DNA from: Callorhinchus milii
Taxonomy: Eukaryota
Assembly (NCBI RefSeq): GCF_018977255.1
Contig: NW_024704742.1
Coordinates: 20,524,001 to 20,588,000 of the forward strand
Length of the DNA: 64,000 nucleotides
Reading direction: 5' to 3'
The notes below the pieces were generated by a model. It was given only the letters and a program-made list of their open reading frames with translations. It searched no databases and had not been told where the DNA came from. Numbering within the stretch: the first letter of the stretch is position 1; each line of letters starts with the position of its first letter. The position numbers and the translations under genes were made by a program. Below, piece by piece: positions 50,132 to 63,424 of this stretch.

Positions 50132-50773
50132 TTTCCTCCTCGCCGGCCTTCCCGCCACCTCCCTCCACAAGCTGCAGGTCATTCAGAACTCTGCAGCTCG
50201 TGTACTGTCCCGCACCAGGCTTCGCGACCACATCACTCCCACCCTCGCTCGCCTCCACTGGCTCCCCATCCCCCAGAGGATCGAATTCAAAAAGCTCATC
50301 CTCACTTACAAGGCCATTCACGGCCTCGCTCCCTCCTATCTCTCCAACCTACTATCCCCCTACCTACCCGCCCGTAACCTCCGTTCCTCTGGCTCCGGTC
50401 TGCTCCACATCCTCTGCCCCAACCGCCCTACCATCGGTGGCCGTGCCTTCAGCCTCTCAGCCCCGAGGCTCTGGAACTCCATCACCCAGTGCCTTCGCCG
50501 CCGCCTCCCTTTCCTCCTTCAAGGCCGGTCTCAAGACCTTTCTCTTTGACCGTCCCTTCAGCTCCCCTCTCGACTCTCTACCCCCTCCTCGCTCCCTCCC
50601 TTCCCTCCCCTCACCCTAACCATTTCGCCCTCTCCTCGCTCCCTCCTTTCCTTCCCCTCACCCTGACCATTTCCCCCCTGCTCGGGTCCTGACCCAACTG
50701 TCCAGCACTTTGGGATATCCTCCCGACGTGAAAGGCGCTCTATAAATGGAATCTTGTTGTTGTTGTTGTTGTT
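50132..50773 (+). mobile_element. Young L2 LINE 3' fragment
   Basis: [52 protein letters not shown]..; C-rich UTR, stem-loop tail and (TTG)n. Confidence 0.95.
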
Positions 50774-51319
50774 GTAAACAATTCGAAAGGAACAATAGTG
50801 AGTTTTCTGAATTTCACACCAAGATACACCAGTGCTGGAGCTGCAACAAGTATTTACTTTTTCTACCAAGTATTAGCAACAGGAATTTTTAAATTAAAAA
50901 ACAAAAAATTATGGTTAAGACTCATTATTTCCCCAAATTTGTCTGGTGCCCTTGGGCATAGTTACATTCTCTTACATTCTCAAAAGAAAACAAAGACTGA
51001 TATAGCTGACAGGATATGCTCAATACTATGTCTCTCCCTGATACATTTCAGCAAAATAGTCTTCAAGAACCCCAGGATCTACACAGTCAATATTTTATGT
51101 GTCTATTACTTTTTTTACTGCTGATCTATCTACCACCATCAGGACGTAAAACAAATATCCTTGACTATTTATCCACCTAAATCATTGGACAATTTATCCA
51201 CCTAAATGATCCACTTCATGTCAGGATCTCTAACAACTTATCATCTGTCACAACAAACAACAAGCTGATTCCTAGCTATGGGACACATAGTTTGTGCAAA
51301 AAGGAATGATATTTTAGAA

Positions 51320-51395
51320 GTAAAAACAGAAATTGCTGGGAACATGCAGCAGGTCAGGCAGCATCTATGAAGAGAGGAAAATAAATTAACATCGC
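51320..51395 (-). mobile_element. Penelope-type terminal repeat fragment
   Basis: TGCTGGGAACATGCAGCAGGTCAGGCAGCATCTATG is close to the reverse complement of 62588-62625. Confidence 0.6.
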
Positions 51396-52199
51396 AGAAC
51401 TCAATATTTTAGAAAATCTGAAGTAATAAACCTGTATTGTATACCATGATATAACAGTGGATTCATTGGGCCCTAACGTCCTGAACATTATGTAAATAAA
51501 ATGACTGATGGAATTTGAGGAGTTAATGGGAAAACAAGCATTAATTAGACGCTCTGAATTCCTGTGAGGTTTTTGTGCCTGTTTATTGCAGATACCTTTC
51601 TTTCTAGGTGCTATTCTCTTTCACACTGGTATATAATCCAAGCCCTATAAAGTGGATTTTTTTCACTATCGGCTGCTCTGCTATTATAAGCGGACTACAT
51701 TTCCTATTTTATGAAGGCTGTACCTATTCATCTTCGCTGATACTTTATATTCCACTCAGCTGCATGAAGTACTTTGAGATGTCCTCCTGATGTGAAAGGC
51801 CCGATTTGAAAGATTACTATTTATACACAGTCACTACACTTCACAGTATATCCCAGAAAGTGCTTTGAGATGCATCGTCGATGTGATAAGGTGCTGTATC
51901 AAATACAAGGATTATTATATGTACATACAAATATGCATGTGTGTATGTATGTATGCGTAAGAACTTCTCTAGAGAATATAAAATGTATTGAGTTTGTTAA
52001 TGCTGCTTTTATATTACAGATACAGAAACACATACATGAGCTTTTAAACTTGTCTTAGTGATCCAATACTGAAATAACAGTGGCTGTGGCCAACAGAGGA
52101 ATTCAATGCATAAGCAACAATAAATGTGATATTGAAAGGTTCCAGGAACACTCGATATTTGGAAATTTGGATCATCTCTTTCTATGTCGGAGACACTAC

Positions 52200-52432
52200 G
52201 TCCCATTCAACCGAAGGTTGAGCTCTCAGTTCCAATGCCCTTCACCTCTGGAACTCCCTCCCTCGACGCTCTGGTTTTCCCCTTTCGTCTGTTAAATCTT
52301 GCCTCAAATCCTACCACTACTAACTCGCTTATTGCCACTTCTCTCAATGCTCTTGGAGGTGCTTTGTCACTGTGAAGCTCATTGAGAAATTACCCTAAAT
52401 GAAGGGCACTATATAAATGTAAGTTGTTACTG
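52200..52432 (+). mobile_element. Old L2 3' end
   Basis: CCTCTGGAACTCCCTCCC..GAAGGGCACTATATAAATGTAAGTTGTT. Confidence 0.65.
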
Positions 52433-53029
52433 TAGATTGCCAGTGGAATGGGCCTGCTTTGTGCAGGCAAACCCATTAAAAACCGATCAAATACAATGCA
52501 AATTACAAGACGTTACTTCAGGTTGCTTAAGAAAGAAAGCATTTCATGCCTCCCTGTAAATCATAACTTGACATCAGACCTTTATTTGGCTTACAGCACA
52601 TAAAGCCAGTTTGCACTTAAGTCATTATCAAAAATTGCTTGTTTAATAAAATCATGATCCAGTTTGAAACCTTATCACATGATATAATAACTAGTCTTGA
52701 AACATTTTCTGCAGTAACTGTATACATCAAATGATGATTTCTTAAATAATAAATTCCTGTAGAAACTTTCAGTGTCCACCACAAAACATTTATCATACAA
52801 TTTGTCATTTGAAAACCAATAAGTCATGAACCAAGGATTACACAACTGCCCGTTTTCTGTTATGTCAAAGGCCAGTTGTAGGTTTATTCACCACACAGAC
52901 CTGTTTGACCTGAGATTTAGGCTTCTGAGGTCTTTCCAAATGTTATCAGCAGATCTAATAGGTTGCAGAATAAATAAGTCAAACAGTAACCCATAGGACT
53001 GTGAATTTTATTGCATCTCAGCCCCAAAA

Positions 53030-53222
53030 GGCTATGGATGCTGGATCCATTAAAATTTTCAAAACTGACGTCGATAGATTTTTATTAGGTAAGGTTATCA
53101 AGGAATATGGTGCAAAGGTTGGTAATTGGAGTTGAGGTATAGATCAGCCATGATCTAATAGAATGGCGGAACAGTCTTGAGGATCTGAATAACGTGCTGC
53201 TGTTCTTATGTTCCTATGTTTA
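53030..53222 (+). mobile_element. CR1 3' end
   Basis: GATAGATTTTT..GATCAGCCATGATCTAATAGAATGGCGGAACAG..TTCTTATGTTCCTATGTT. Confidence 0.85.
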
Positions 53223-53289
53223 AGCAATTCTGACAAACCATGGCTACTACCAGCCTTTAGAGTGCTGCTTCACTTGTTTGTCTTTAAAG

Positions 53290-53565
53290 CAGATCTGGCT
53301 ATTTTTATCCAGACCTCATAGTCTAAGCTGACACTTCAATACAGCCCTGAGGGAGTCCTGCTTTGATGGAGGTGCCGTCCTCGGAATGAGATGTTAAACT
53401 GGTTTTGCCTGTCTGTTTAGGTGGATATTGAAGATCCTAAGAAGATTTCTCCAGTGTCCTGAGCAACAATTCACAAATTGGTCATTTCATGGCTGTTTGT
53501 GGGATATTACTGGTCGTAAATTGGCTGCTGCATTCACCTACAAAAACATCATCACTACATTTTAC
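53290..53565 (+). mobile_element. Deu-domain-like SINE
   Basis: GCTGACACTTCAATACAG..GGAGGTGCCGTCCTCGGAATGAGATGTTAAAC..AGGTGGAT..TTGGCTGCTGC. Confidence 0.7.
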
Positions 53566-53813
53566 AAAAATGTGTTGGTCCAATACAATGTACAGCCAAT
53601 TTGCACACATCAATGTCCTACAAATAGCCATAAAATAAATAGCTAATTTATCTTGTTGGCCAATTTATGACCAAAAATGTTGCACGAACTGCCATGAAAT
53701 CAATCACCAATTTGTGGACTGTTGCCCAGAATACTGGGGAAATTAACCAAACATCCGTTCTCTGACCAGAACCACTTTTTTCCACCTCTGCCACATTGCT
53801 GACCTCCGTCAGT

Positions 53814-56245
53814 AACAACAACAACTTGGATTTATATAGTGCCCTCCAAGCCGGACGGTGTCTTAGAGCGCTACACAGTAACGGATCCAGGGGGAGGGGG
53901 AGGAAGGTGACCAAAGGCATGGTTGAAAAGAAAGGTCTTCAGCAGAGACCTGAAAATAGGAAGAGAGGGGACGAGGCGAAGGGAGTGAGGACAGGAGTTC
54001 CAGAGCCTCGGTGCATAATGACTGAAGGCACAGCCACCGAGGGTGGAGCGGAGGACTCGGGGGACAAGGAAAAGGCCAGACCCGGAGGAACGAAGGCAAC
54101 GGGTACTGTTTTGAGGAGAGAGGAGGTCAGAGAGGTAGGGGGTGCAGAGGAGTAGGGGGATTTGAACACAAGAGTGAGGATTTTGAAGTCGATTCTCTCT
54201 GGGACAGGCAGCCAGTGCAGTCTGGCAAGGACTGGGGTGATCGGGGAGTGGAGTTTGGTGCGGGTGAGAATGCGAGCGGCAGAGTTTTGAATAATCTGTA
54301 TTTTATGGATGGTAGTGGAGGGGAGACTGGTGAGGAGGGCATTTGAATAGTCCAGCCGAGACTGGCAAAGGCTTGGATTAGGGTTTCAGTGGCTTTCGGA
54401 GAGAGGTATTGATGGAGACGGGCGATGTGTCGGAGGTGGAAGAAGGCGGTGCTGGTGAGGAACTGGATGTGGGGGAGAAAAGATAATTGGGGGTCGAACC
54501 TGATGCCTAGGTTGTGTACGGGTTTGGAGAGTTTTAGGGGGAGGTCGGGTAGGTGGAGGAGGTGAGAGCCATGAGATTTTAGACGTTGACGAGAGCCAAA
54601 GAGTATGGCTTCCGTCTTGTCAATGTTCAGCTGAAGGAAATTTGTGCTCATCCAGCCCCTGAGGTCTGACAGGCAGGCTGACAGAACATCAGGGGACTGG
54701 GGGTCGCAAAGAGAGGTGGAAAAATAGAGTTGGGTGTCATCCGAGTACATGTGGAAATGTACCCTATGTCTGTGGATGACATCCCCAAGAGGGAGCATGT
54801 AGATCAGAAAGAGGAGGGGGCCAAGGATGGATCCTTGGGGTACCCCGCAGGTAACCGGGTGAGAGCGGGAAGAAAAGCCGTTTGTGCAGATGTACTGCTG
54901 GCGGTTTGTGAGGTACGACTCGAACTAGGCGAGTGCGGTCCCACTGAGGTAGATTACGGAGGAAAGGCAGTGGAGGAGGATGGGGTGATCGACTGTGTCG
55001 AACACAGCTGAGAGGTCCAGGAGGACAAGGAGGCAGAGGGAGCCCTGGTCACAGATAGAGAGGATATTGTTTTGTGACTTTTACAAACGCAGTTTTACTG
55101 TGGGCAGCGTGGAAACCGGACTGGAGGGGTTCGAAGAGGAAGTGGGAGGAGAGATGTGCATGAAGTTGATTGGCAACAATGCGTTCTAGGACTTTTGCAG
55201 GAATGGCAGGTTAGAAATAGGGAGGTAGTGGCTGCGGTTTGAGGGATCCAGGGAAGGTTTTTTGAGGAGGGGGATTGATGACAGCAGTTTTGAGGGGGAC
55301 AGGGAATGATCCAGAGGAGAGGGACTGGTTGATGATGTCAACCAGTAGTGGGCAGAGGAGGGAGAGCTGGGTAACCAGCAAGTTGGTGGGGAGGGTGTCG
55401 AGGCAGCAGGTGATGGGTTTCATAGAGGTGATGGTGGGTGAGAGGGAGGAAGGAGAGATGGGGAGGAAGGAATGTAGGATGGGGGTTGTGGTAGGAGCAG
55501 ATGATGGGGAGGGTGAAGGGGACAGAGAGGGCATGGTGGTGGGTGACAAGAGGCAGGTGGATGAGGCTGCCTGGCGGATGTTGTGTATTTTAGATTAAAA
55601 GAAGTTTATGACCTCCTCGCACTTGGCATTGGATATGAAGATTGAGGACGCCTGAGGGGGGACACAGAGGAGGTAGTGGGGTGGAAAAAAGGATTTTAGG
55701 GTTGTGTTTGGCCTCCAAAATGATGTTGGAGTAGAAGGCCGTTTTTGTGTGTGTCAAAGAACGGCGGTAGTTGTGGAGATACTCGAGCCACAGTTGGCGG
55801 TGGATTGTCAGGCCAGTTTTCCGCCATCTGCGCTTCAGCAGCCGGGTTTAGGTTTTTAGGCAGCGGAGATGGTTGTTGTACCAGGGGGATCGGGTGGGTT
55901 TGGAGATGGTCTTGGATTTCAGGGGGACGAGGGAGTTAAAGGTGGAGAAGAGGCGATCATGAGGCAGCTGGACGGCTGCTTCAGAATCTCCACGGGTGGA
56001 AGGCCAGAGGGATAGGATGTTTGATGATGTGAGGGCCTTTGTGAGGGTCTCAGGGGGTAGCCTTTTCCAAGAGCGGTAGAGGATGTTTGAGGGCTTGGTG
56101 GAGGAGAGAGGGATGTGAGAGGAGAAGTCAATGAGGAAGTGGTCCGAGATGGCCTTGTCCACTATGCTGAGGTCGGAAATGTCAAGGCCGTGGGCGATAA
56201 CGAGGTCAAGGGCATGACCACGGTTGTGGGTAGGTGAATTTATGT
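53814..56245 (-). mobile_element. L2 LINE ORF2 relic, ~2.4 kb (end of the APE endonuclease, RT and 3' tail)
   Basis: PTHNRGHALDLVIAHGLDI..SDHFLI (APE C-terminus), SPWYN, HMYSDDTQLY and NFLQLNIDKTE; multiple frameshifts and stops; (TTG)n tail at about 53815. Confidence 0.95.
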
Positions 56246-56838
56246 GAAGTCCACGCCTGTACCTCACAACAAACACAACCAAAACCATAATCCACGCCTT
56301 CGTCACTTCCTGGCTGGACTATTCCAATGCCCTCCTCGCTGATCTCCCCAGCTCCACCACACACAAAATTCAATTAATCCAAAACTCCACTGCCTGGACA
56401 CACACCCGCACAAAACTCCATACCCCCATCACACCAGTCCTTCTCAGGCTCCACTGGCTCCCAATTACCTAACAGATCAATTTCAAAATCCTCTAACTCA
56501 TTTTCAAATCCCTTCATGCATTTACATCTCCCTACCTATCCAACCTGCTTACCCCTCACTCCCTCCACTAAGCTGCCTCCTATTTGTCCCTCGTCCCCTC
56601 CGTTCCGTGCCTTCAACCACTACGTCTTGAAACTCTGGAACTCTCTCTCATTATCTTTGCCTTTGCCCCTCCCTCCCCATCTTCAAATAATGCCTAAAGA
56701 GCTTCCTTTTTGATCATGCTTATGGTCACTTACACCCTCCCTCTCCCTCATTGTCATCCCCCCCCCCCACTGGCAAATGCTCCAGAACGCTACCCTGCAT
56801 GAAGGGTGCTATATAAATGCAAGTTGTTGTTGTTGTTG
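56246..56838 (+). mobile_element. L2 3' fragment, head-to-head with the preceding copy
   Basis: [28 protein letters not shown]; tail CGCTACCCTGCATGAAGGGTGCTATATAAATGCAAG(TTG)n. Confidence 0.9.
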
Positions 56839-56839
56839 A

Positions 56840-56960
56840 TATCAGGAGATACCTTCTCTTTTCAAATTGTGCCATGAAATCTGTAACATCCACCTGAACA
56901 GGCAAGGGGAGCATGGTTTAACATCTCATCCAAATGACGATACGTTCGATATCTCTGACA
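56840..56960 (-). mobile_element. Deu-domain SINE fragment
   Basis: GTGCCATGAAATCTGTAACATCCACCTGAACAGGCA..GGTTTAACATCTCATCCAAA. Confidence 0.65.
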
Positions 56961-57666
56961 ATGCAATAATCCCTGACACTCACTGCATCCAATTTGAGAA
57001 GAAATTTGATTTTTCAAACAAAATTCCTAATATGGTGAGAAAGGGTACTGCAGTGACATATGGTTGTGGAATATGTTATCAAGGAAGCAGACAGTATAAA
57101 TCTTTAAAGAGGCAACTAGATGGGATTCAAGAAAAAGAGGAGTTAGGGATATGGTGAGAGGGCAGGTTGTGAATGCAGTTGAGAACTATAGAAATGGGAT
57201 TATCTTAATGGGTCAATGCCTTCTCCTATCTTTGAAGTTCATCTTCTTGTGTAATTACTTGAATGGCTTTGCAAGTCTTTCTGTGATGTGAGTTAGTCTG
57301 GACTTATTTTTATACATGTGAACTATCAGCCATTTCCACAGTGACCTTTTCCCTTATTTTTCTCATGTTCAGGAATTCGGGTCTACACAAAGAGCAAAGC
57401 CAAATGAGCCATTTACTTTTCTACAATTTCTGTATCGGTGCCAAGTCATTTACATCTGACAGAAGGTGCAGCTGCCATGGGGGAAAGTATCTCTAATCCC
57501 ATAGGATTTATTTCTGTGAAGTGTTGATAGTAGAGACAAAATACAATGTTACAAATCTGCAATATATACTTTATACCATTCTGATAGAATGGCATCTCAA
57601 AATGCGAGCAAGAACTTCTATTTTGGATAATCTCCATGGGACAGTAGCTTGAATTGTTGTCAGTGG

Positions 57667-58152
57667 AACAACAACAACAAAATTGCATTTGTATAGCGCC
57701 CTTCAAGTCGTGAGGACGTCCCAAGGTGCTGGACAGAGTATCAGACCCGAGCTGGGGGTCGGTGAGGGTGGAAGGCCGGGGGTGAAGCAGGGAGATGAAA
57801 AGCATGATCGAAGAGGAGGGTCTTGAGATGGGTGTTTGAAGGAGGCAAGGCAGGGGACGAGGCAGAGGGACTGTGGAATGGGGTTCCAGAGGTTAGAGGC
57901 AGAGTGGCAGAAAGCCCACCCCCCCAATAGTCGGGCAAGCAAGTAGGGGACGTGAAGCAGGCTGGAGCCCGTTTAGCAGAGGGATCAAGCAAGATGATAG
58001 GGGATTAGGAGGTCGCAGAGGTAGGGGGGAGCAAGAGTGAGGACCATGATCTTGAACTGTACCCTCTGTGTGATGGGAAGCCAGTGGAATCGGGCCAGAA
58101 TGGGGGTGATAAGGTCACGTAGCCTGGTACCGGAGAGGATGTGGGCTGAACA
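57667..58152 (-). mobile_element. L2 3' fragment
   Basis: (AAC)n tail; LWNPIPQSL and LKTLLFDHAF remnants. Confidence 0.9.
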
Positions 58153-58254
58153 GTTATCCACATCACTAGATTTAACACCTCATTAAAACCTTAAAAAAAG
58201 ATATTTAAGTGATTTAGGCTAAAGATCGGTTGTTAGTTGATTGGCAGATAGAAA

Positions 58255-58617
58255 AAAATGTAGTCACTCAATCCACGACTGTTTGTGGGACCTTGCTGTG
58301 AACAATTGGCTGCTGCGTTTCGCCCACAAAATTTACAATCAATCCATTTTATAGAATATTCTGTGAAGCGCTTTGAGATGTCTCAATGGTGAGATGAGTG
58401 CTGCATCAAATAATAATAATAATAATCCTTGCATTTGATATAGCGCTTTTCACGTCGGGAAGACGTCCCATAGCACTTCACAGAACACACTGTAAAGTGA
58501 ATTGACCGTATATTTGTGGGCGAACGCGGCAGCCAATTGCGCACAGCAATGTCCCACAAACAGTCGTAGATTGAAAATGACCAATTTTTTTTTTTTGGAT
58601 ATGCAAGGATTATTATA
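58255..58617. mobile_element. Plus-strand SINE with a younger minus-strand SINE (58410-58590) inserted in its tail
   Basis: The plus copy breaks at ..GCATCAAA and resumes ATGCAAGGATTATTAT at about 58601. Confidence 0.8.
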
Positions 58618-58845
58618 AAAAAGGTTGTGCCCAGCATCCTTAAACAAAGTTTGACTATTAAATCTACACACACGTAAAGTGAAACTTTAGTTCCATGGTA
58701 CTTACTGTAATAAACCTTGCATTTGCCTTGCGACATCATTGAAATGTCTCAAGTGCTTTACAGCTGCAAATTGTGTATTTGATAGGTGAACTTGATGTGA
58801 AATGGTAAAGTAATGGTGAAATAAAGCTGTTGTGTTCTTGATATA

Positions 58846-59215
58846 TGTGCCAGCCTGGCTCAATTGATAGCACTGTTGCCTCTGAGTCAGAAGGTTGGAG
58901 GTTGTTACTGCATTGGTGCCGTTCTTTGGATGGGATATTACACTGAGTTCCTATTTGCCTATTCTGGTGATCGTTAAAGATCTGTGGCACTATTTGAAAA
59001 GAGAAGGGAATTTCTCCCAGTGTCCAGCCAACATTCCCTCAAAATAAAATTGGTCATTCACTTCATGGGTATTTGTGGGACATTGCTAAACAGAATTGGT
59101 TGCTACATTCATCTACAAAAGCGCAAGCACTACACTTTACAATATATGCTATGAAGTGCTTTAATATGTCCTCTTTGTATGAAAGGTGCTAAAGCAAATG
59201 CAGGATTATTATTTC
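58846..59215 (+). mobile_element. SacSINE1/Deu-domain-like SINE, near full length
   Basis: GCCAGCCTGGCTCAATTGATAGCACTGTTGCCTCTGAGTCAGAAGGTT..GTTAAAGATCTGTGGCACTATTTGAAAAGAG.., followed by the tail. Confidence 0.8.
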
Positions 59216-59919
59216 AGAAGTAGTCTATTATTGCTGAACATTATATTTGTACTGCTTTGCAATTTCATGTTAATCTATGCAACTCAGTTGTGTAAGTATA
59301 TGTTTTTCACTGTAAGATACATTAACTTTTACTAGACTTTAGTCAGAGAATTAGCTTTTCTCCAAATGTTCCAGATTAAGAAGGTTAGGAGACAAAGGGT
59401 GAAATTTACACATTGTGTGATACATTTTAGATGCATAGTTCGAGATACATAGATATGGTTTGGGTTTTATTTTCTGGTTTTAATCTGCTCGAAGTGAAAG
59501 ATACTGGATGCTACTTATGCAGTGCCCCATCACTGCTGTAAGCTTGTTTTGAACACAATTCTGAATGATGAAATGGATGACTTTTCCTCCAAGATGTCAG
59601 GCTGTAAAATAAGCAGAAGCAATCTCAGCCCAACTTCCTATCCATGTCACAAACCTTGACCAATTGCTGCTCGTTAACAAGAGTCGTAATGTTGATTTAT
59701 ATATGTAAAGAAAAAAACAATTGCTTTGGCACAGTAACATGTTGCTCTTCTAAAGCTGGGGCTAAAATAATTTGTAGAGAAAAGTGAATGGAACTTCTCT
59801 GTTCGCTGTATTCAGTTTGTGTTCAAAGTAACCTGACATTGCCTCATACTGAACTAGCGACAAAAGTGACAGAGACTTGTATTCCACAGAAGTTAATGCC
59901 CGTCATCGTTGTAGCATTG

Positions 59920-60042
59920 ATAATAATAATAATAACAATAATAATCCTTGTATTTGATACAGTGCTTTATCACGTCTACGTCTCAAAGCACTTCACAGAA
60001 TATACTGTCAAGTTAATTGACTATGTATTTCGTGGGCGAAAT
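59920..60042 (-). mobile_element. tRNA-SINE 3' end
   Basis: (TAA)n followed by TCCTTGTATTTGATACAGTGC. Confidence 0.8.
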
Positions 60043-60182
60043 GCACACTAATAAAGAGTAAGCAAACCCCTCATGATATGTGTTAATTTGTTATACTTCT
60101 GGCTGCGCCACATGAAAATTGAAATTAATACTTACCTATGAAAGGTGTGTAGTAGATGTTAGGCACAGAGTAATAAAATGCG

Positions 60183-60262
60183 GCTCATGTGTGAACTGAG
60201 ACGTGACTCATGTTTGAGATGAGACTCATGTGTGAAATGAGACTTGGTTCATGTGTGAGATG
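60183..60262. repeat. Short tandem repeat, 4 units of 17-22 bp
   Basis: (C/T)TCATGT(G/T)TGA occurs four times, separated by TGAGAC-like linkers. Confidence 0.8.
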
Positions 60263-61281
60263 TCTAGATGCTCCAAAATGTTACATAAATACAATAAATC
60301 TTGACCAAGGTGGAATTTCTCCCTATAAGTAACATGATTATTGTGACTAGATAATAACAATTGAATGGTTTAATGCATCAAATGCACCTACAAAATACAT
60401 TACTACACTTTACAGCAAAGTGTGTGATGCACTTTGAGACATTATTGCAATATTAAATGCAAGGTTTATTATTATAGTATATGATGATATCAGCGGTGAT
60501 AATTTTACATTGAATTAGTTATCAAATATTTTACTCAATTTCTTTATGTGGAGTGACTTGGTTCAGTCTGGAGTTTGACAATTACTTTTTAAAAATACAG
60601 TAGATAAATTCGTTGACTCTCATAACTCTTGTTTTTACCGCAAACCAGCTTAAAAGCTTATTTAAAAGCTTAAAACAATAACCCTGAAAGAATTTGCTGA
60701 ACCCTTATCAAAATAGTTTAAACTGTTTTCTGGCTTCAAAACAGAACAGTTTCATTTCCATTGCTGATACTCAGTTCAGTGGATTACCCACATGTATTCA
60801 ACAAGGAATACACACTGACAATCCATTTAAATGGACTTTCTAGAAGTGAGAGAGATCATTTGAAAACATCCTTCTCACAATCAAAGTCTACCTTATATAC
60901 TTAACAATGACTATAGGTTGTCTGTCAGTACAACATGAAAAATTAAAAAAAACAAAAGTGAAAGTCACCTGTTCTTTTCAGCAGTTAGTACAGTATACTG
61001 CTTTAGTATAGAATATTAAAATAGTATATTAGTACAATATTAGTATACAGTGAACTACTAATAACTTGACCCTGGCTTAACTTGTCACTACCACACTGTT
61101 AATAAACCAGCTGCATTTATTTATGTATTTATACATATGTAACTCGCCATTCTGAATAACTTGCCACAGGAGGAGTTAAGGGTTACCAGGAGTTTACTGT
61201 ATTTTATTAGCATAGTATAATTTGTATATTATATTACTACAATATATTAGCATCAAAATAACATATTCATATTATAGTAGT

Positions 61282-61285
<4 letters not shown>

Positions 61286-61317
<32 letters not shown>
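61286..61317. repeat. (TA)n microsatellite followed by a solo L2/SINE tail
   Basis: Read directly from the sequence. Confidence 0.9.
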
Positions 61318-61320
<3 letters not shown>

Positions 61321-61896
61321 TGCAAAGTACTTTGGGACGTCCTCCTGACGTGAAAGGCACTATACAATTGCAAGGATTATTATATTAGTAAAGTATATCA
61401 GCAAAGTATAATATTTTAGTAAAGTGTATTAGGGCATCACAATGAGATGAATGTTCTAACAGATCAGGACTATATCCTATGGTAATAACACCATTTTTGC
61501 TGCTGCAAACAAACTCTTTCCCATTAAAGAATCATAGAGCAGCAACCGTTTTCCTGATATTTTTATTGCCGCTCATGTGTTGGATTATGCAATCTATTTT
61601 AAATTGTTGGGTATAATGTTGGAATAAATTCAAACTTTGCACCACCAACTCGTAACTGTTTAAACATTAATATGCACAATCAAACTGCTCAAGTACCTAT
61701 TAAATTATGGATCTTTCCAAACTGAACAAAGTGGACTGAGAGCTTTACAACAGCTGGGCAGTGCAGTCTTTTGCTATTTGCTTTCTCCTACTGATCTTTC
61801 TAGTTATTGTTTTACGTTGTTAAGTGGAGCATGTGTTTTTTTCTAACACACATCATGTACTCTTTAACAATAAGAAAGATTCAGTTAATCCTTTAG

Positions 61897-62362
61897 GGTC
61901 TCCTGCACCAGGCTCCGTAATCCTATCACCCCCATCCTCGCCTGACTCCACTGTCTTCCCATCACACAGAGGATACAGTTGAAGATCTTGGTCCTCACCT
62001 TCGAAGCCCTCCATGGTCTTGCTTCCCCCTACCTCTGCGACCTTTTAAGCCCCTAGAAACCTACCCACTCTACCCGCTCAGCGGGCTTCATGACCCCTGC
62101 CTTGCCCACCCCACCAATGGCAGGCAAGTCTTCTGCTACTCTGTCCCCACCCTTTGGAACTCCATCCCACAGTCTCTCTGCCTTGCCCCTCCCTTGCCTC
62201 CTTCAAGACCTGTCTCAAGAGGTCACCCTCCTCCCCCCCCACCGCCCTTTACCCTCCCCCATCCCGATCCTCAGCTTGGGTCGGAAACCCTGACTGTCCA
62301 GTGCCTTGGGATGTCCTCCTGACGTGAAAGGCGTTATACAAATGCAATTAGTATTATTATTT
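61897..62362 (+). mobile_element. L2 3' fragment
   Basis: ITPILA*LHCLPITQRIQLKILVLTFEALHGLASPYLCDLL followed by the stem-loop tail. Confidence 0.9.
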
Positions 62363-62459
62363 ATAATGGCATATGTGGCAGAATAAAACAAACATTGTTG
62401 ATATAATCATTGGTGAAACTGGGACTGTTAATAAGACAATTCAGAAATGTCTTGACTCA

Positions 62460-62640
62460 TTCTTTCCTTTGTCTTCCTTGTCCTGCCTCCCCCTCTCAAC
62501 TTGTCCTTAAAAACCTCTCCCTCCCAACATGCCTCCGTTCTGACGAAGGGTCGTGCACCCAAAACTTTGACTCACTTTCCTTTCTCCATAGATGCTGCCT
62601 GACCTGCTGAGTTTTCCCAGCGCTCTCTGTTTCTGTGTCT
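62460..62640 (+). mobile_element. Penelope-type terminal repeat with a degenerate mini-hammerhead
   Basis: TTCTGACGAAGGGTCGTGCACCCAAAACTTTGAC..GATGCTGCCTGACCTGCTGAG. Confidence 0.65.
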
Positions 62641-63424
62641 TGACAAAATACTTGGTGAACAAAATATCAACCTCCCGCAAAAAGTAACTATTTTAGGAAG
62701 TTGAAAGATACTAAGAAAAGTAATATCCATTCATATGTAACATGGCAGTATTATTGGTCTGGCTGACTCATCACTGAAAACCACTTAGAAATGACCTCTA
62801 CAGAGTGATTTAAACTGTAATAACATAATAATAACAACAATAATAATAACAAGCTAAGAAATGAATGCAAGTTCAGCTCATCCTCCCATTTTGCCCACTG
62901 TCAGGATATACCTCATCTACACTTGGCAGTTTCCCAGCTGACACAGGAAATACCCTGTATAAGTAATTCAAAGGGTAAAGTTAGGAACTGAGATTGCAGT
63001 ACGACATGTTAGTTAGTACATGTCAATAAATGGAAGGATCAGTAATATCATAATGTTCGGTTTAACGTAGGAAGAAATTACTCATTACTGAAAAAAGCTT
63101 AACAGCTGAAGCTATTATTATTTCCAGCAGTCATGTGTCAAATGAACACATGCCGTTTGTATGGTTAGCAAGACTTTTCACATTGAAGCATCTCAAAGTG
63201 TGTTACAAGGAATTACAGTACAGTGCAGCGAACATTTTTGTTGGCAACCACAGCAGCTTTTTTTTGCCAGCAAGATTCCAAAATTAATTGACTGACCAAA
63301 TAAATTGGAGTGACTCCCTTCCCAAACAATGTCACTGTGTCATACCATTGGGCAATGCATTTGAAATGTCAGACTCGATACTCTGCTCAAATCCTGGCGT
63401 GGGCATGAACACTCAATAATAAAT

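Noticed and set aside
60183..60262. CRISPR-like short repeats
   Set aside because: There are no unique spacers and no cas genes, and the context is vertebrate; this is a simple tandem repeat.
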